A stretch of DNA of 64,000 nt from Octopus sinensis (lineage: Eukaryota): NCBI RefSeq assembly GCF_006345805.1, contig NC_043011.1:1798001-1862000 (forward strand), given 5' to 3'. Position 1 is the first letter of the stretch. Each line of letters opens with the position of its first letter. Shown here in pieces: positions 48,341 to 59,829 of the stretch. Made by a program: the position numbers and the translations under genes. A model generated the notes under the pieces. That model saw only the letters and a program-made list of their open reading frames with translations. It was not told where the DNA came from and ran no database searches.

Positions 48341-48744
48341 TATGTGATATATTATACTGCACTGAAATGGCTAATCTGCTGTTACCTAACTCATTTCAAG
48401 TATTAGATGCATTATACACTTAGTGATTTGCTAAAACTGGTATAATTACCAAATACTTGTTTGAAATACTGAAATTTTGTTACTTTTTATTTTGGGATAA
48501 ATTTTTATCTATGCTGAAACATCTGTCTGTCTGTCTGTCTATCTTCTGTAATTGTGTGCATGTGACAGATAGATGAACATGATTTTTGGTGAAGTAAGTT
48601 GTTCAATACAAAATAGCAAACTTAAATTTAAGCTAAATGTTTTTAAAGTTTTCACGATACAGTAGATACCAAGAAAACTGGCACAAACAATTGAGCTAAA
48701 ATTAATATGCTCAGCATATACCATACACAACAAATACAATTGTT

Positions 48745-48950
48745 AAGATGGCAAGTAGGCAGAACTGCTAGTATGCTTAGAAGCATTTTGTCCATCTTTT
48801 TATTCTGAGTTCAAATTCCATCAAAGTCAGCTTTGCCTTTCACCCTTTCAGGGCTGATACAATAAGTACCAGTTGAGCCCTGAGGTCAATGTAATTGACT
48901 TAGCCCTCTCCTAAAATTGCTGGCCTTGTGCCAAAATTTGAAACCAGTTA
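48745..48950 (+). mobile_element. SINE family C, degraded
   Basis: CTGAGTTCAAATTCC...CTTTGCCTTTCACCCTTTCAGGG. Confidence 0.7.
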
Positions 48951-49075
48951 AGTACAACTGTCTCTCCTTATGCATACACACACATGTGTGTCTCATTTTC
49001 ATTAAATGTAATAGAAATTTTGAATTCATTTAATACAAGATACAATTTTGAGTGAAAATGCTTAAGCAGTTAAAG

Positions 49076-49632
49076 GTGCAGGAGTGGGTGTGTGGTAAGT
49101 AGCTTGTTTACCAACCACATGGTTCCGGGTTCAGTCCCACTGCATGGCACCTTGGGCAAGTGTCTTCTAACTATAGCCTCGGGCCGGCTGACCAAAGCCT
49201 TGTGAGTGGATTTGGTAGACGGAAACTGAAAAGAAGCCCAAGACGCAGGAGTGGCTGTGTGGTAAGTAGCTTGCTAACTAGCCTCATGGTTCTGGCTTCA
49301 GATGCGTGGCATCTTGGGCAAATGTCTTCTGCTATAGCCCCGGGCTGACCAATGCCTTGTGAGTGGATTTGGTAGAGGGAAACTGAAAGAAGCCTGTTGT
49401 ATATATGTATATATATATGTATGTGTGTGTTTGTGTGTCTGTGTTTGTCTCCCTAGCATTGCTTGACAACCGATGCTGGTGTGTTTACGTCCCCGTCACT
49501 TAGCAGTTCAGCAAAAGGGACTGATAGAATAAGTACTGGGCTTACAAAGAATAAGTCCCGGGGTCGATTTGCTCGATTAAAGGCGGTGCTCCAGCAAGGC
49601 CGCAGTCAAATGACTGAAACAAGTAAAAAAAG
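49076..49632 (+). mobile_element. SINE family A with duplicated head (5' part 49076-49238, then full copy from 49244)
   Basis: Two GCAGGAGTGG..TGTGGTAAGTAGC heads in tandem. Confidence 0.88.
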
Positions 49633-49933
49633 AGTATAGTGATCAGCTGATGTGGTTTTGATGGAATTCACTGTTGGTAAGTTGATGTATTTCCTGGAAA
49701 GACCAGTTATTCTATTTGCTCCAATTAGATGTGGAGAATAGGTAGCTGACTCTTGGCAATTATGTTTAAACTTTATGAAATGGTAGTTCAAAATTATTCC
49801 TGTATGACTGAAAAGATTGCTGAAACCTACAGTGTTTTAACAAGAGTTTTAACATCATTACTATTAATGAAAATAACAGTCTTTGGTTGTCTTCTAGGAT
49901 TTGTTTAATATCTTAATTTGTTATTGGCTTATA

Positions 49934-49965
<32 letters not shown>

Positions 49966-49967
<2 letters not shown>

Positions 49968-50555
49968 GCAATTAAGGACAACTTCTTAATAAGGAAAACT
50001 TAACAAGAAATTATCGGGTAGATAGCGTGAAAAACCTCATAAAAGAAAAAATTTCGAAATAATTCTTTCTTATTGAACATATTAATTTATATATTTATAT
50101 ATAATGCCCTCTATATATAAATTAATATGTTCAATAAGAAAGAATTATTTTCGAAATTTTTTCTTTTATGAGGTTTTTCACGCTATCTACCCGATAATTT
50201 CTTGTTAAGTTTTCCTTATTAAGAAGTTGTCCTTAATTGCTAAATTTTTATTCCGAGAAAACTTTTCCTTTCCCGAAATGCAATTCGTAAAAGTCTGCCA
50301 TTTACCGGATGTAATATATGTAAACCCACCCATGTGCTTCGTTGAAGTTGATCAGATAGTTGATCGGCTTAGACGAGTTGGGTTCGTTTATTTATAATAC
50401 GTCCAGACTTGCTGATGAATACAGAGGTATGGAATCACAGGTGATACAAGTCCATATTTTTAAATGTCTTACTTTGAAAAATTGCATTCGGTGGGATTAG
50501 TAAAATTTTTGGTAGAAATGACTAATTTTGTCCCTCTTAGCGTGTGGCATGTATC
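49966..50555 (+). mobile_element. Hammerhead-bearing non-coding retroelement: one ~455-nt monomer plus 129-bp inverted 5' copy, at (TA)n
   Basis: Inverted arms 49966-50094 / 50113-50242 (1 indel); the monomer aligns throughout to 59178-59809 (minus). Confidence 0.8.
50406..50452 (+). ncRNA. Minimal type-I hammerhead motif with GAAA>GGAA core mutation
   Basis: GACTTG-CTGATGA-ATAC AGAG GTAT-GGAA-TCAC AG GTGA-TA-CAAGTC; perfect 6-bp stem I. Confidence 0.75.
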
Positions 50556-51064
50556 TCTTAATATAAAAGGCAGATTTTATCTGCCTCCCTTTGGGAGTTA
50601 TACAAATCTACAATATAGGATTTCTTCAATTACAATTTACCTAGCATTTTTAAGAGTACAATGCATTGCGTCATGCCAGGTCCAGTTTTTAAAATTTAAA
50701 CTCCAATTAAGCAAAATTTACAGAAAACTCACATTCTGGTGTGTGTGTCAAATGCTTTTCTTAGTCTGGTTTACACCACACGCAAACGCACACACACAGT
50801 GGGCAACGAATAAAATGAAAGTAATTGACTTACTGTAGTGAGTGATTCTTTCACTCTGCCTCCTACTTCCTCTTTCCACACATAGACACGCAAATATATA
50901 AATAAAATTGTAAGCTAACGTGCGTGTGTGTGAGTGGGTGTGTGTGGGTGTGCGCGTGTGTGTGTGTGTGAGGGTGCGTGTGTGTGTGTGTGTGTGCGTA
51001 TGCGTGAGTGTGTGACAGGAAAGTTTTTTACGACGAATATAACACCTATATCCAAGTAGCAGAA

Positions 51065-51335
51065 AGATAAGACAGTAAGGTGTGATTTGAGGGAGATTTG
51101 GCTGCTATTTCTACCATGTCTAGCTGCCATGTAGGGGTCTCCCTCATAGGCTCATACATACATATATACATAGATAAGACAGTAAGGTGTGATTTGGGGG
51201 AAATTTGGCTGCTATTTCTACCAGGTCTAGCTGCCATGTAGGGGTCTCCCTCATAGGCTCATACATACATATATACATAGATAAGACAGTAAGGTGTGAT
51301 TTGAGGGAGATTTGGCTGCTGTTTCTACCAGGTCT
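51065..51335. repeat. 107-bp tandem repeat, 2.5 copies
   Basis: AGATAAGACAGTAAGGTGTG at 51065, 51172, 51279. Confidence 0.95.
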
Positions 51336-51414
51336 GTTAGGCCTTCTCATGTAAACTCAAGCTTTCTCATGCCTTGAACATAAGACCAAAGCAGAGAATG
51401 TATTCTTTTATTCT

Positions 51415-51690
51415 TCTGCTTTTTCCAGCCATTGGTCTGTGGCCATGCTGGGGCAATGCCTTGAAGAATTGTAGTTTAATGAATCAACTCCAGTTTTATT
51501 TTTGTAAGCATTGTACTTATTCTATCTGTTTCCTTTGTCAAACCACTAGGTGACAGGGATGTAAACAAACCAACATTCGTTGTCAAGCAGTGGTGGAGGA
51601 CAATCACAAGCACAGACATGCACACACACACACATACATGCATACACATATACACACATACATACATACATATATATATATGTGTGTATA
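51415..51690 (-). mobile_element. SINE family A 3' half ending in its microsatellite
   Basis: GGCCATGCTGGGGCAATGCC...GTTGTCAAGCAGTGG... Confidence 0.7.
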
Positions 51691-51696
51691 TATATA

Positions 51697-52015
51697 TTGC
51701 AGCGTGGAAGGTGTTTGTAAGCCATTTAAGAAACACACAAAAACCGTTACATTCATTTCAACATTTAAATTTAATTTGCCAAAATATTTTCGTCGCTTTC
51801 AGACCGCGACCTGTTCACTGACAAAAATATCGTGCTAACAGGTCGCGGTCTCAAAGCGACGAAAATATTTTGACAAATTAAATTTAAATGTTGAAGTGAA
51901 TCTAACGGTTTTTGTGTGTTTCTTAAATGGCTTATAAATACCTTCAACGCTGCAACTGTTTTCGTTCCAGCACACGATCTCAGATCAAGTCACTTGGTAT
52001 GCAAGTACATCTCTG
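51697..52015. mobile_element. Fold-back element with 119-bp inverted arms
   Basis: Arms 51697-51815 / 51837-51955, 7 mismatches, 21-nt loop; second copy at 1066. Confidence 0.8.
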
Positions 52016-52117
52016 TAACTATATATATATTTATATATATATATATATATATATTGGTAAAAACAGTAAGATAACAAAAGAAAGAAAGAGACCTCAATAT
52101 TATGTAAATAGAGGAAA

Positions 52118-52512
52118 TCTTTATATATAAAAGTGAGGTTGTGTGTCTGTCTCCTACGATTTAGATTCCTAACTACTCCCACATTTTGCGGTGCAGTTTA
52201 ACCAAAACCGGGTATCTTATAGTCGTGATTCATATCGAGACCGTCTGGGTATTAGCACGCGTCTACGATGAGTCTACGATTTTAAAAAAAATTTACCATC
52301 AATTTTTCCCATTTTTAATCCATTTTTGACATATATAAGGGAAGTAACTCTCTAAAATTTATTATTAAATCTCAGAACGTAAAAAGCTACAGTAACACCC
52401 CTCCCCCTTTGTGGTTAGCCATATTGAGATGACTATTATACTTTACATCTCTAAAAATGCTTATATAATTATTTCCCTTACAAACCCGAGCAACGCCGGG
52501 CGATACTGCTAG
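52118..52512 (+). mobile_element. Non-autonomous Helitron
   Basis: 5' TC after A, 3' CTAG before T; hairpin CCCGAGCAACGCCGGG (52485-52500) 8 nt upstream of CTAG; no TSD. Confidence 0.88.
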
Positions 52513-52529
52513 TGTATAATAATGCCCTC

Positions 52530-52571
<42 letters not shown>

Positions 52572-52618
52572 ATATATAATATATATATATAAAAACTTAC
52601 TTGGAGAAAAGAATAAAT

Positions 52619-52650
<32 letters not shown>

Positions 52651-52652
<2 letters not shown>

Positions 52653-52950
52653 TGTGATCAACCAGGCTATCAGATGTTGCTACACATCGCTGGTCACAGT
52701 GCGCTTCTCATTGTTTTAGCCTTCAAATGACACCACCTCACTGGCTAAGTGAGCAGGCCTACAGAAGAAAGAGTGAGAGAAAGTTGCGGCGAAAGAGTAC
52801 AGCAGGGATCGCCCCCCCCCCCTGCCGGAGCCTTGTGGGGCTTTAGGTGTTTTCGCTCAATATACTCTCACAACGCCTGGTCTGGGAATTGAAACCGCAA
52901 TCCTATGACCACGAGTCCACTGCCCTAACCACTGGGCCACTGCGCCTCCA
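52651..52950 (-). mobile_element. SINE with family-D head and a third type of 3' body
   Basis: GGAGGCGCAGTGGCCCAGTGGTTAGGG...GGTTTCAATTCCCAGACC head. Confidence 0.82.
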
Positions 52951-53653
52951 CACATATATATATATGTATATAGATATAAATCACTACACATGTATGTGTT
53001 TTTGTGTGTATTTGTGTGTATGGGGTCATGTGTAGATCATGAACATACATATATAGACACACATGAGTTTGTATTTTTGTGGGTGTGTGTATGTTTGTGA
53101 TCTACATCAGATGTTGATTGTTATTTAATATTCTATTTTACTTGCTTGTATATAAGGATGTATATGTATGCATTTGTTTTGCATGGCATTTAGCCGGTAT
53201 TTAGGATTCCCTGCACATCCTTATATATTGAAAGAGAAAACTTCAAAGAAAACTCATGTTCAAGATTCCTTTCACTCATCTTTATTTACAGAAACATCAT
53301 AGAGATAAAACAAAACTGGAGATGTTATTCATAAATTATTTAATATTATCCCACATGCATTTCATGAACAAAAATATTTGTTAGTTTAGCAAAACACCTT
53401 TTCAGTAGATGACATTATCAAATCATCAGAGACTGCATAATGAAAGAAAACAACCTTTAAGATATATAATGGTCATTAGACAGTGTTAAGGTATCAATGA
53501 CCATAAGTGTTGGGTTAAAATGTCTTAAACAATTAAAAATTAGTTGAAAAGGAGAATTTTTCATTATAATAGTGGAAAAAGGAGAAGAAATTTTTGCTTC
53601 CAGTTTATCAGACCTGGGCCTCTGCATAATAAAATAAGTATATAAAAAATAAA

Positions 53654-54073
53654 GGATCTTTTTGGTTTGAACGGCAGTTTTTAACATAATATTCTAGGTA
53701 ACTAAAAAATTTTAAACTTCGTATACTGGTAGAATGTGTTTATAAAACATCTTTTTCTCTTGGCTTTATTGAGAAAATTCTATAGTTTGGAAGATATTTG
53801 TTGTTTTTTTTTTCTTCAATTTCTGCAATTTCAACCAATCAATAACATCCATTAGGTAAAAAACATTCTGTGCCATATGAATATGTCCCTTGTTTAAGAA
53901 ATAGATTGGGTTTATTTACATTTGTGAAGAAAAAAAAGATACCCTTCTCCCCACCTCTAACCCTAACCCTAAAACAGATTGAAATGCAATAGATCGATAC
54001 TAGGGTCATAATTATGGGTGACAATTTCATATGACACCACTAGAAAAAACTGCCGTTCAAACCGAAAAGATCC
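53654..54073 (-). mobile_element. Merlin-like MITE with (CCCTAA) repeats; no matching TSD
   Basis: Both TIRs present; reverse complement of the 19003 and 62266 copies. Confidence 0.85.
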
Positions 54074-55102
54074 GAAGAATGTCCTGTAGACTTCTACAAA
54101 ATGTTGCCTTTTAGGAACATGAGTGTTTTAAGCACTTGAAAGACTATTGAAAGTTTGTGGTTACCTAAGTTTACAGGTAGTAATCTGCTACCCATATAAA
54201 TTCTACCAGGAATAAGAATAAACCTGAGTCAAATCAACAACAACAACAACAGCAGTAATAATGGCTTTTGGTTTAGGCACAGGGCTGACCATCTTTTAGT
54301 TGACTTCAGACTCTAATACTGGACTGCTACTGTATTTTATTAACCCCAGCAGGACCAAAAGGTTAAGTTGATCTCAGTGGGACTCAAATTTAAGGATGTC
54401 AAATGTCAGAACAAATAATGCAAAATAATTTTTTGACTTCAGCAATACTACCAGCTGAATGCTGATAATTTTTATACTTTGATACAATATCACGAAATTA
54501 TAAGTGAATTAACTTATAACTGGTGTATATTTTCTTTATTCAACATTTTCCTAACTACATAACAATGCCTGCATTCATGAGGATGTTATTTGTGCATAAT
54601 ACGCTCTCGTTTACTCTAGCTTATTATCAAATTGTTAGTAGACTCACTTTATCTAATGCTGTTTGTGTTGCAATTTTTATCTTGCGACACGAACACATTT
54701 TTATCTTAAGATGTGTTTATCTCATATCAAAAACTTTATAAATTCCTGATATAAGTTTATACTATACAATGAGCAAATAGAATAAAATTTATTTAGTAGA
54801 AAATTTATTCTTTTAATAGACAATCCGTTTCAAGAGAAATTCAATGAATCCTGTGTAAATTAGTGCAGTAGTTTAGTTGTGAACAAATCAGCTACTTTAA
54901 TTCGGTATTTAACTAGTGTCTATTTACTTTACTCAACATTTTTCTAACTACATAATAATGCCTGCATTCATAAGGAGGTTATTTTTGCTAAAACTATTGT
55001 GAAAATGATTGTAAATCACAACACTGTAAAAGTTTTTACACTGTAACTCTAAGGTTTAAGTTAAAGAGATTTTTTTCAACATTATTTGAGTTTATATTAT
55101 AC

Positions 55103-55960
55103 TGAGACCATAACCCGGGGCCTATGCCTATTTCTTTATTACCCACAAGGGGCTAAACACAGAGGGGACAAACAAGGACAGACAAACGGATTAAGTCGAT
55201 TATATCGACCCCAGTGCGTGACTGGTACTTCTTTAATCGACCCCGAAAGGATGAAAGGCAGAGTCGACCTCGGCGAAATTTTAACTGAGAACGTAGCGGC
55301 AGACGAAATACTGCTAAGCATTTCAACCGGCGTGCTAACGATTCTGCCAGCTCGCCGCCCTACCCCGGGGCCTATGCCAGTGGTGTATAACCAGCCCACT
55401 TATGAGTCTCCTTCATTCATTAGACAATAAACTTTGCTTGCAAAGACCTGTTGAGGCAAGTGAAATCAAAATCGCTGACGTGGCCGATGACAGTACCGCC
55501 TGAGTGGCACTCGTGCCAGTGGACCGTTAAAAGCACCATCCGAGTGTGATCATTACTGGGGCTACTGACTGGCTCTTGTTCTGGCGGCACGTAAAAAGCA
55601 CCATTTGAGTGTGATAGTTGCTAGCGTCGCCTTATTGGCACATGTGCCAGTGGCACGTGAAAAACAGCATTCTACTGTGGTTGTTGCCAGTGCCACCAGA
55701 CTGGCCCCCATGCAGGTGGCATGTAAAAAACACCTTTTGAGCGTGATCATTGCCAGTATCGCCTGACTGGCCTTCATGCTGGTGGCACGGAGAAGCACCC
55801 ACTATGCTCTCAGAGTGGTTGGCGTTTGGAAGGGTAACCAGCTGTAGAAACTTTGCCAGATCAGACTGGAGCCTGGTGCAGCCTTCTGGCTCACCAGTCC
55901 TCAGTCAAACCGTTCAACCCATGCCAGCAAGGAAAGCAGATGTTAAACGATGATGATGAT
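55103..55960 (+). mobile_element. RTE LINE complete 3' UTR with five ~65-bp repeats and (GAT)n tail
   Basis: Collinear with 21615-21945; interrupted by a SINE C. Confidence 0.82.
55129..55360 (-). mobile_element. SINE family C, full-length, 15-bp TSD
   Basis: TSD CCCGGGGCCTATGCC at 55114-55128 and 55364-55378. Confidence 0.92.
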
Positions 55961-57059
55961 GTATTGACTTAGTTTTCCTCTCCTTCAGTGTCGTTAAAAT
56001 AAGTCACAATAATTTACTAGTGTTCAGTGACTGTAATTTGTATGCTTTTTCTAACCAACCAGGGAATCCTGAGTGTCAGCAAAATTGCTATTATTGAGAC
56101 CAATCTAGTAAGGAGATAGAAAAACTGGATTGTGGTATAAAATGTCTTATAATTATTAGTTTCTTCTTTCCACATTCTGAATTTAAATACCACTTAAATA
56201 AATTTGGCCTAGAATTGACAAAATAATCACCAGTTATCTAATGAAGACAACCATTAGTTGCATCATACAATATTTAGCTCATTTTCTCTTCACTCTGTTT
56301 TGAATTTCTGCTCAGGGAGACTTTTTATGTTATATGTATGTCTCCAAGGTCTTTGAAAAAGACACCGATCATGCACTGAAGTCATTTATAAGTTTATAGC
56401 ATTATATCAAAGTAGGCAATCATCATCATCATCATCACTGATAGATTGATAGAATTGCTAAAACATCAGATTAAATGTCATACATATTTCTCCCAGTACT
56501 TTATGTTCTGAGTTCAAATTCCAATGAAATCAACTTTGTCATCCCTCAAATGTTGTTAAAATAAAGTATGGGTCAAGTACTGGTGTCGATTGTATCAACT
56601 AAGCCTATCCTCCTAAAACTGCTGGTCTTGTGCCATGATGTGAAATGATGATGATTGTTATCATTATTTCATTTTTCCCACCTCAATATGCTTCTTATAA
56701 CCTAGACGTTTTTCTACTTTGATAGCTGCAACCAATAGCCTTAGGTTACAAGTACCAACTTCCTTGTTTCTTTCATACTTTTTCGTCAATCTAATCATCA
56801 AGTGTGATATTTTTCCTTTTTCCTGTAAGCAAACTCTTTGCTATAGCTCTGTCTCACAATCTGCTTTAATCTTTATCCATTTTGCACTATTGTTCATTAC
56901 TGTCTCTTATTCTCCTACAATTACTGGTGTAATGGGATTATAAAAGAGGATAAAAGATGGATAAGGAGACTATTGAAGTCAAAGTTGAATGGTGGTAACA
57001 CAGTGTCAGCTATAAATTTGAGTGCAGTATCTATTATTAAATATGAAGTAAATATAGGC

Positions 57060-57411
57060 ATTATTAAATCTCAGAACGAGATGTAAACGGTAATCGCTCG
57101 ACAATGTAAAGTATAATAGCCATCTTAATATGGCTAACCACAAAGGGGGGTGTTACTGTAGCTTTTTAGCCTCAGGAGATCGACATCTCCAGCTGGCTTT
57201 AGACACACTTTCTGTGCCCTTCAGGTATTTGCAAAGGGAGGCCATCCCTTCCTCGTAAGCCTTAGTGATACGCACCGGACCAGTTTCGAGATTATTGTCT
57301 CTTATCAACAGGCGGTAATCACCAGATCACGATGAAAGACAAGGCCTGTTTGCAAATATATAAGAGTTTTTCTAGTGATGTCTGCCACTGATTTCGGGGG
57401 CTAAAAAGCTG
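57060..57411 (-). mobile_element. pLTR-like segment with hammerhead-like motif and short terminal inversion
   Basis: TAGCTTTTTAGCCTC (about 57159) vs GGGGCTAAAAAGCTG (about 57397); shares about 90 bp with the Helitron at 52361-52450. Confidence 0.5.
57274..57316 (-). ncRNA. Minimal hammerhead-like motif, U3-A8 core variant
   Basis: CTG-TTGATAA-GAGA CAATAA TCTC-GAAAC TG GTC-CGG; stem I only 3 bp adjacent to the core. Confidence 0.55.
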
Positions 57412-58260
57412 AAGTAAATATAATTGAGTGGGAAAAATCAGATCAACTGGCCTTAGACTGTAAGACAAGAAAATTCTTAACAATGTTTGATATCTATCTC
57501 AAGGTGAGTTTTGCATCAATTACGTGTGAAAAGAGGGACTGGTGGAATAGAATTTATCAGTGTAAAGGATTGTGTCAAGGCCAGTAATTTTGGGGGGTGG
57601 GGTTAGTTGATTACATAAACCCTAGTGTTCAGCTGGTGTTCCTTTTATCGACTCTGAAAGGTGAAAGACAAATTTGACCTTGGTAGAATTTGAACTCAGA
57701 ATGTAAAGGTGGATGAAATGCCACAAAGCCTTTCGCCTGGTGTACCAACGATCTTGATAACTTTCCACTTTTGGATTGAGTTGATTTTGAGAAGATCAGT
57801 TTACTAAGGTACCTAGAAGCAATTGAGGAAATGTTGCTACAGAGGAGGCCCTCTCGGAGAAAATACTTAAAGCAATTGATAATGAAAACAAAGATGCAAT
57901 ACATGATAGGTGTCATGAGAAAAACAGAAGCAAGCCCTTAAGGAGCCATTTTGGCAGGTATCAAATGAAGTGAGGGGTAAGAATTCTTGGGATCAGCTTC
58001 GAAAAGATAAGTTGGGAAGAGAAACAGAGATAACGACAGTGAATATTGAAAGCCAATCTATTACAAATGCCAAGAGAAGACATGTTTTTGGGGAAGCAAC
58101 ATTTCCTGCATGTAGATCATGTGGTATGTATGATGAGCCAGTGGTGGCACAATTAGTGTCTGAATGTCTGAAGCTTGCACAGAGAGCAAGAGAGTACAAA
58201 AAGTGGTGACTTTGCCAGAAATAGGAGTCTGTCCACTTGAAGACAGTATGAACATGATGG
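57412..58260 (+). pseudogene. R4/Dong-like (restriction-like endonuclease) LINE ORF remnant, interrupted by a SINE C at about 57590-57760
   Basis: IIEWEKSDQLALDCKTRKFLTM, KR..GGIEFISVKDCV, SWDQLRKDKLGRETE...CRSCGMYDEP.VAQLVSECLKLAQ..EYK. Confidence 0.68.
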
Positions 58261-59146
58261 TGATTTTTGTTCATCAGTTTTAGTTCAAATTAAACCAGGA
58301 TCAATTGTATCGTTCAACTCTCCACAGACAATAATATGCTTGCCATTGAAATACAATTCAATCATTTATAAGTACCCACTTCAACCCAATTTCAAAGTAA
58401 GAAATTACATGAAACAGGACTAGTGTGTATCATCGAAATGTTGACAGTTTTATTAATGATAGAAAAATGACAACAAAAGATATGTGTGTATAAACAGTAC
58501 TGAAGTATGCAAACAACTGGACATACTTTTCTTAATGTTTATGAAGCTTTCCATTACATATATTTGAATATAAAGGCAGATATACGTGTGTGTGTGTACA
58601 TATAGAATATACAAGGAGTTTTTGTCAACTGACGTAATGTAATAGGTTTGTACTACAAGTGCTCAGCTTGGTTTACCACTAAAACTCTGGCTGGAACTGC
58701 AATTGAAGAGTGTGGTGTTGGATCTGCCTATCAAGGACAACCACAAGTGGCTTCTCCTTGAGCAGGGGGATACAGATTAAAGCAAAAAAGGGAAAAGCAA
58801 ATTATTTTCATTTGCTTTTTCATTTTTTATTTTAATCTATCTATGTATCTATGTATGTATGTATGTATCTATCTATTCTTTTAGTTGTTCCAGTCATTTT
58901 ACTCAGGCCATGCTGTAGCACTACCTTAAAGGGTTTTTAGTCAAAGAAATCAACCCCAAGACTTAATTCTTTGTAAGCCTAATACTTATTCTATCAGTCT
59001 CTTTTGATGAACTGCTAAGTTATGGAGATGTAAACACAATAACATCAGTTGTCGAGTGATGGAGAGGGGACAAACACAGACACAAAGATGCACTCACATA
59101 TATATATATATATATATATATATACATGCATACATATACATATGCA

Positions 59147-59177
<31 letters not shown>

Positions 59178-59178
<1 letters not shown>

Positions 59179-59829
59179 GCAATTAAGGACAACTACTTAA
59201 TAAGGAAAACTTAACAAGAAATTGTCAGGTAGATAGCGTGAAAACCTCATAAGAGAATAAATTTCGAAAATAATTATTTCTTATTGAACATATTAATTTA
59301 TATATAGAGGGCATTATACATACATGCCAGAGAGCATTATACATACATGCCACACGCTAAGAGGGACAATTAGTCATTTCTACCAAAAATATTACTAATC
59401 CCACCGAATGCAATTTTTCAAAGTAAGACATTTAAAAAATATAGACCTGTATCACAGTGATTTCATACTTACGTATTCATCAGCAGGCCTGAATGTATCA
59501 TAAATAAACGACCCTGCCCCGCTTAAGCCGATCAGCTAACTGATCAACATCAACGAAGCACATGGGTGAGTTTACATATATTACATCCTGTAAATGGCAT
59601 ACTTTTACGAATTGCATTTCGGGAGAGGAAAAGTTTGTTCGGAATAAAAATTTAGCAATTAAGGACAACTACTTAATAAGGAAAACTTAACAAGAAATTG
59701 TCAGGTAGATAGCGTGAAAACCTCATAAGAGAATAAATTTCGAAAATAATTATTTCTTATTGAACATATTAATTTATATATAGAGGGCATTATACATACA
59801 TGCCAGAGACCATTATGTATAATGCCCTC

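Noticed and set aside
50554-50830. Second Helitron starting TCTCTTAATATAAAAGG
   Set aside because: The 5' end is suggestive, but no 3' hairpin-CTAG end was found.
51790-51830. Hammerhead in the 51.7-kb fold-back element
   Set aside because: A closing stem can be drawn, but CUGANGA, GAAA and stem III are absent.
54517-54984. 75-bp imperfect direct repeat (offset 393) as LTRs of a TRIM
   Set aside because: No TG...CA ends, PBS, PPT or TSD; likely an old local duplication.
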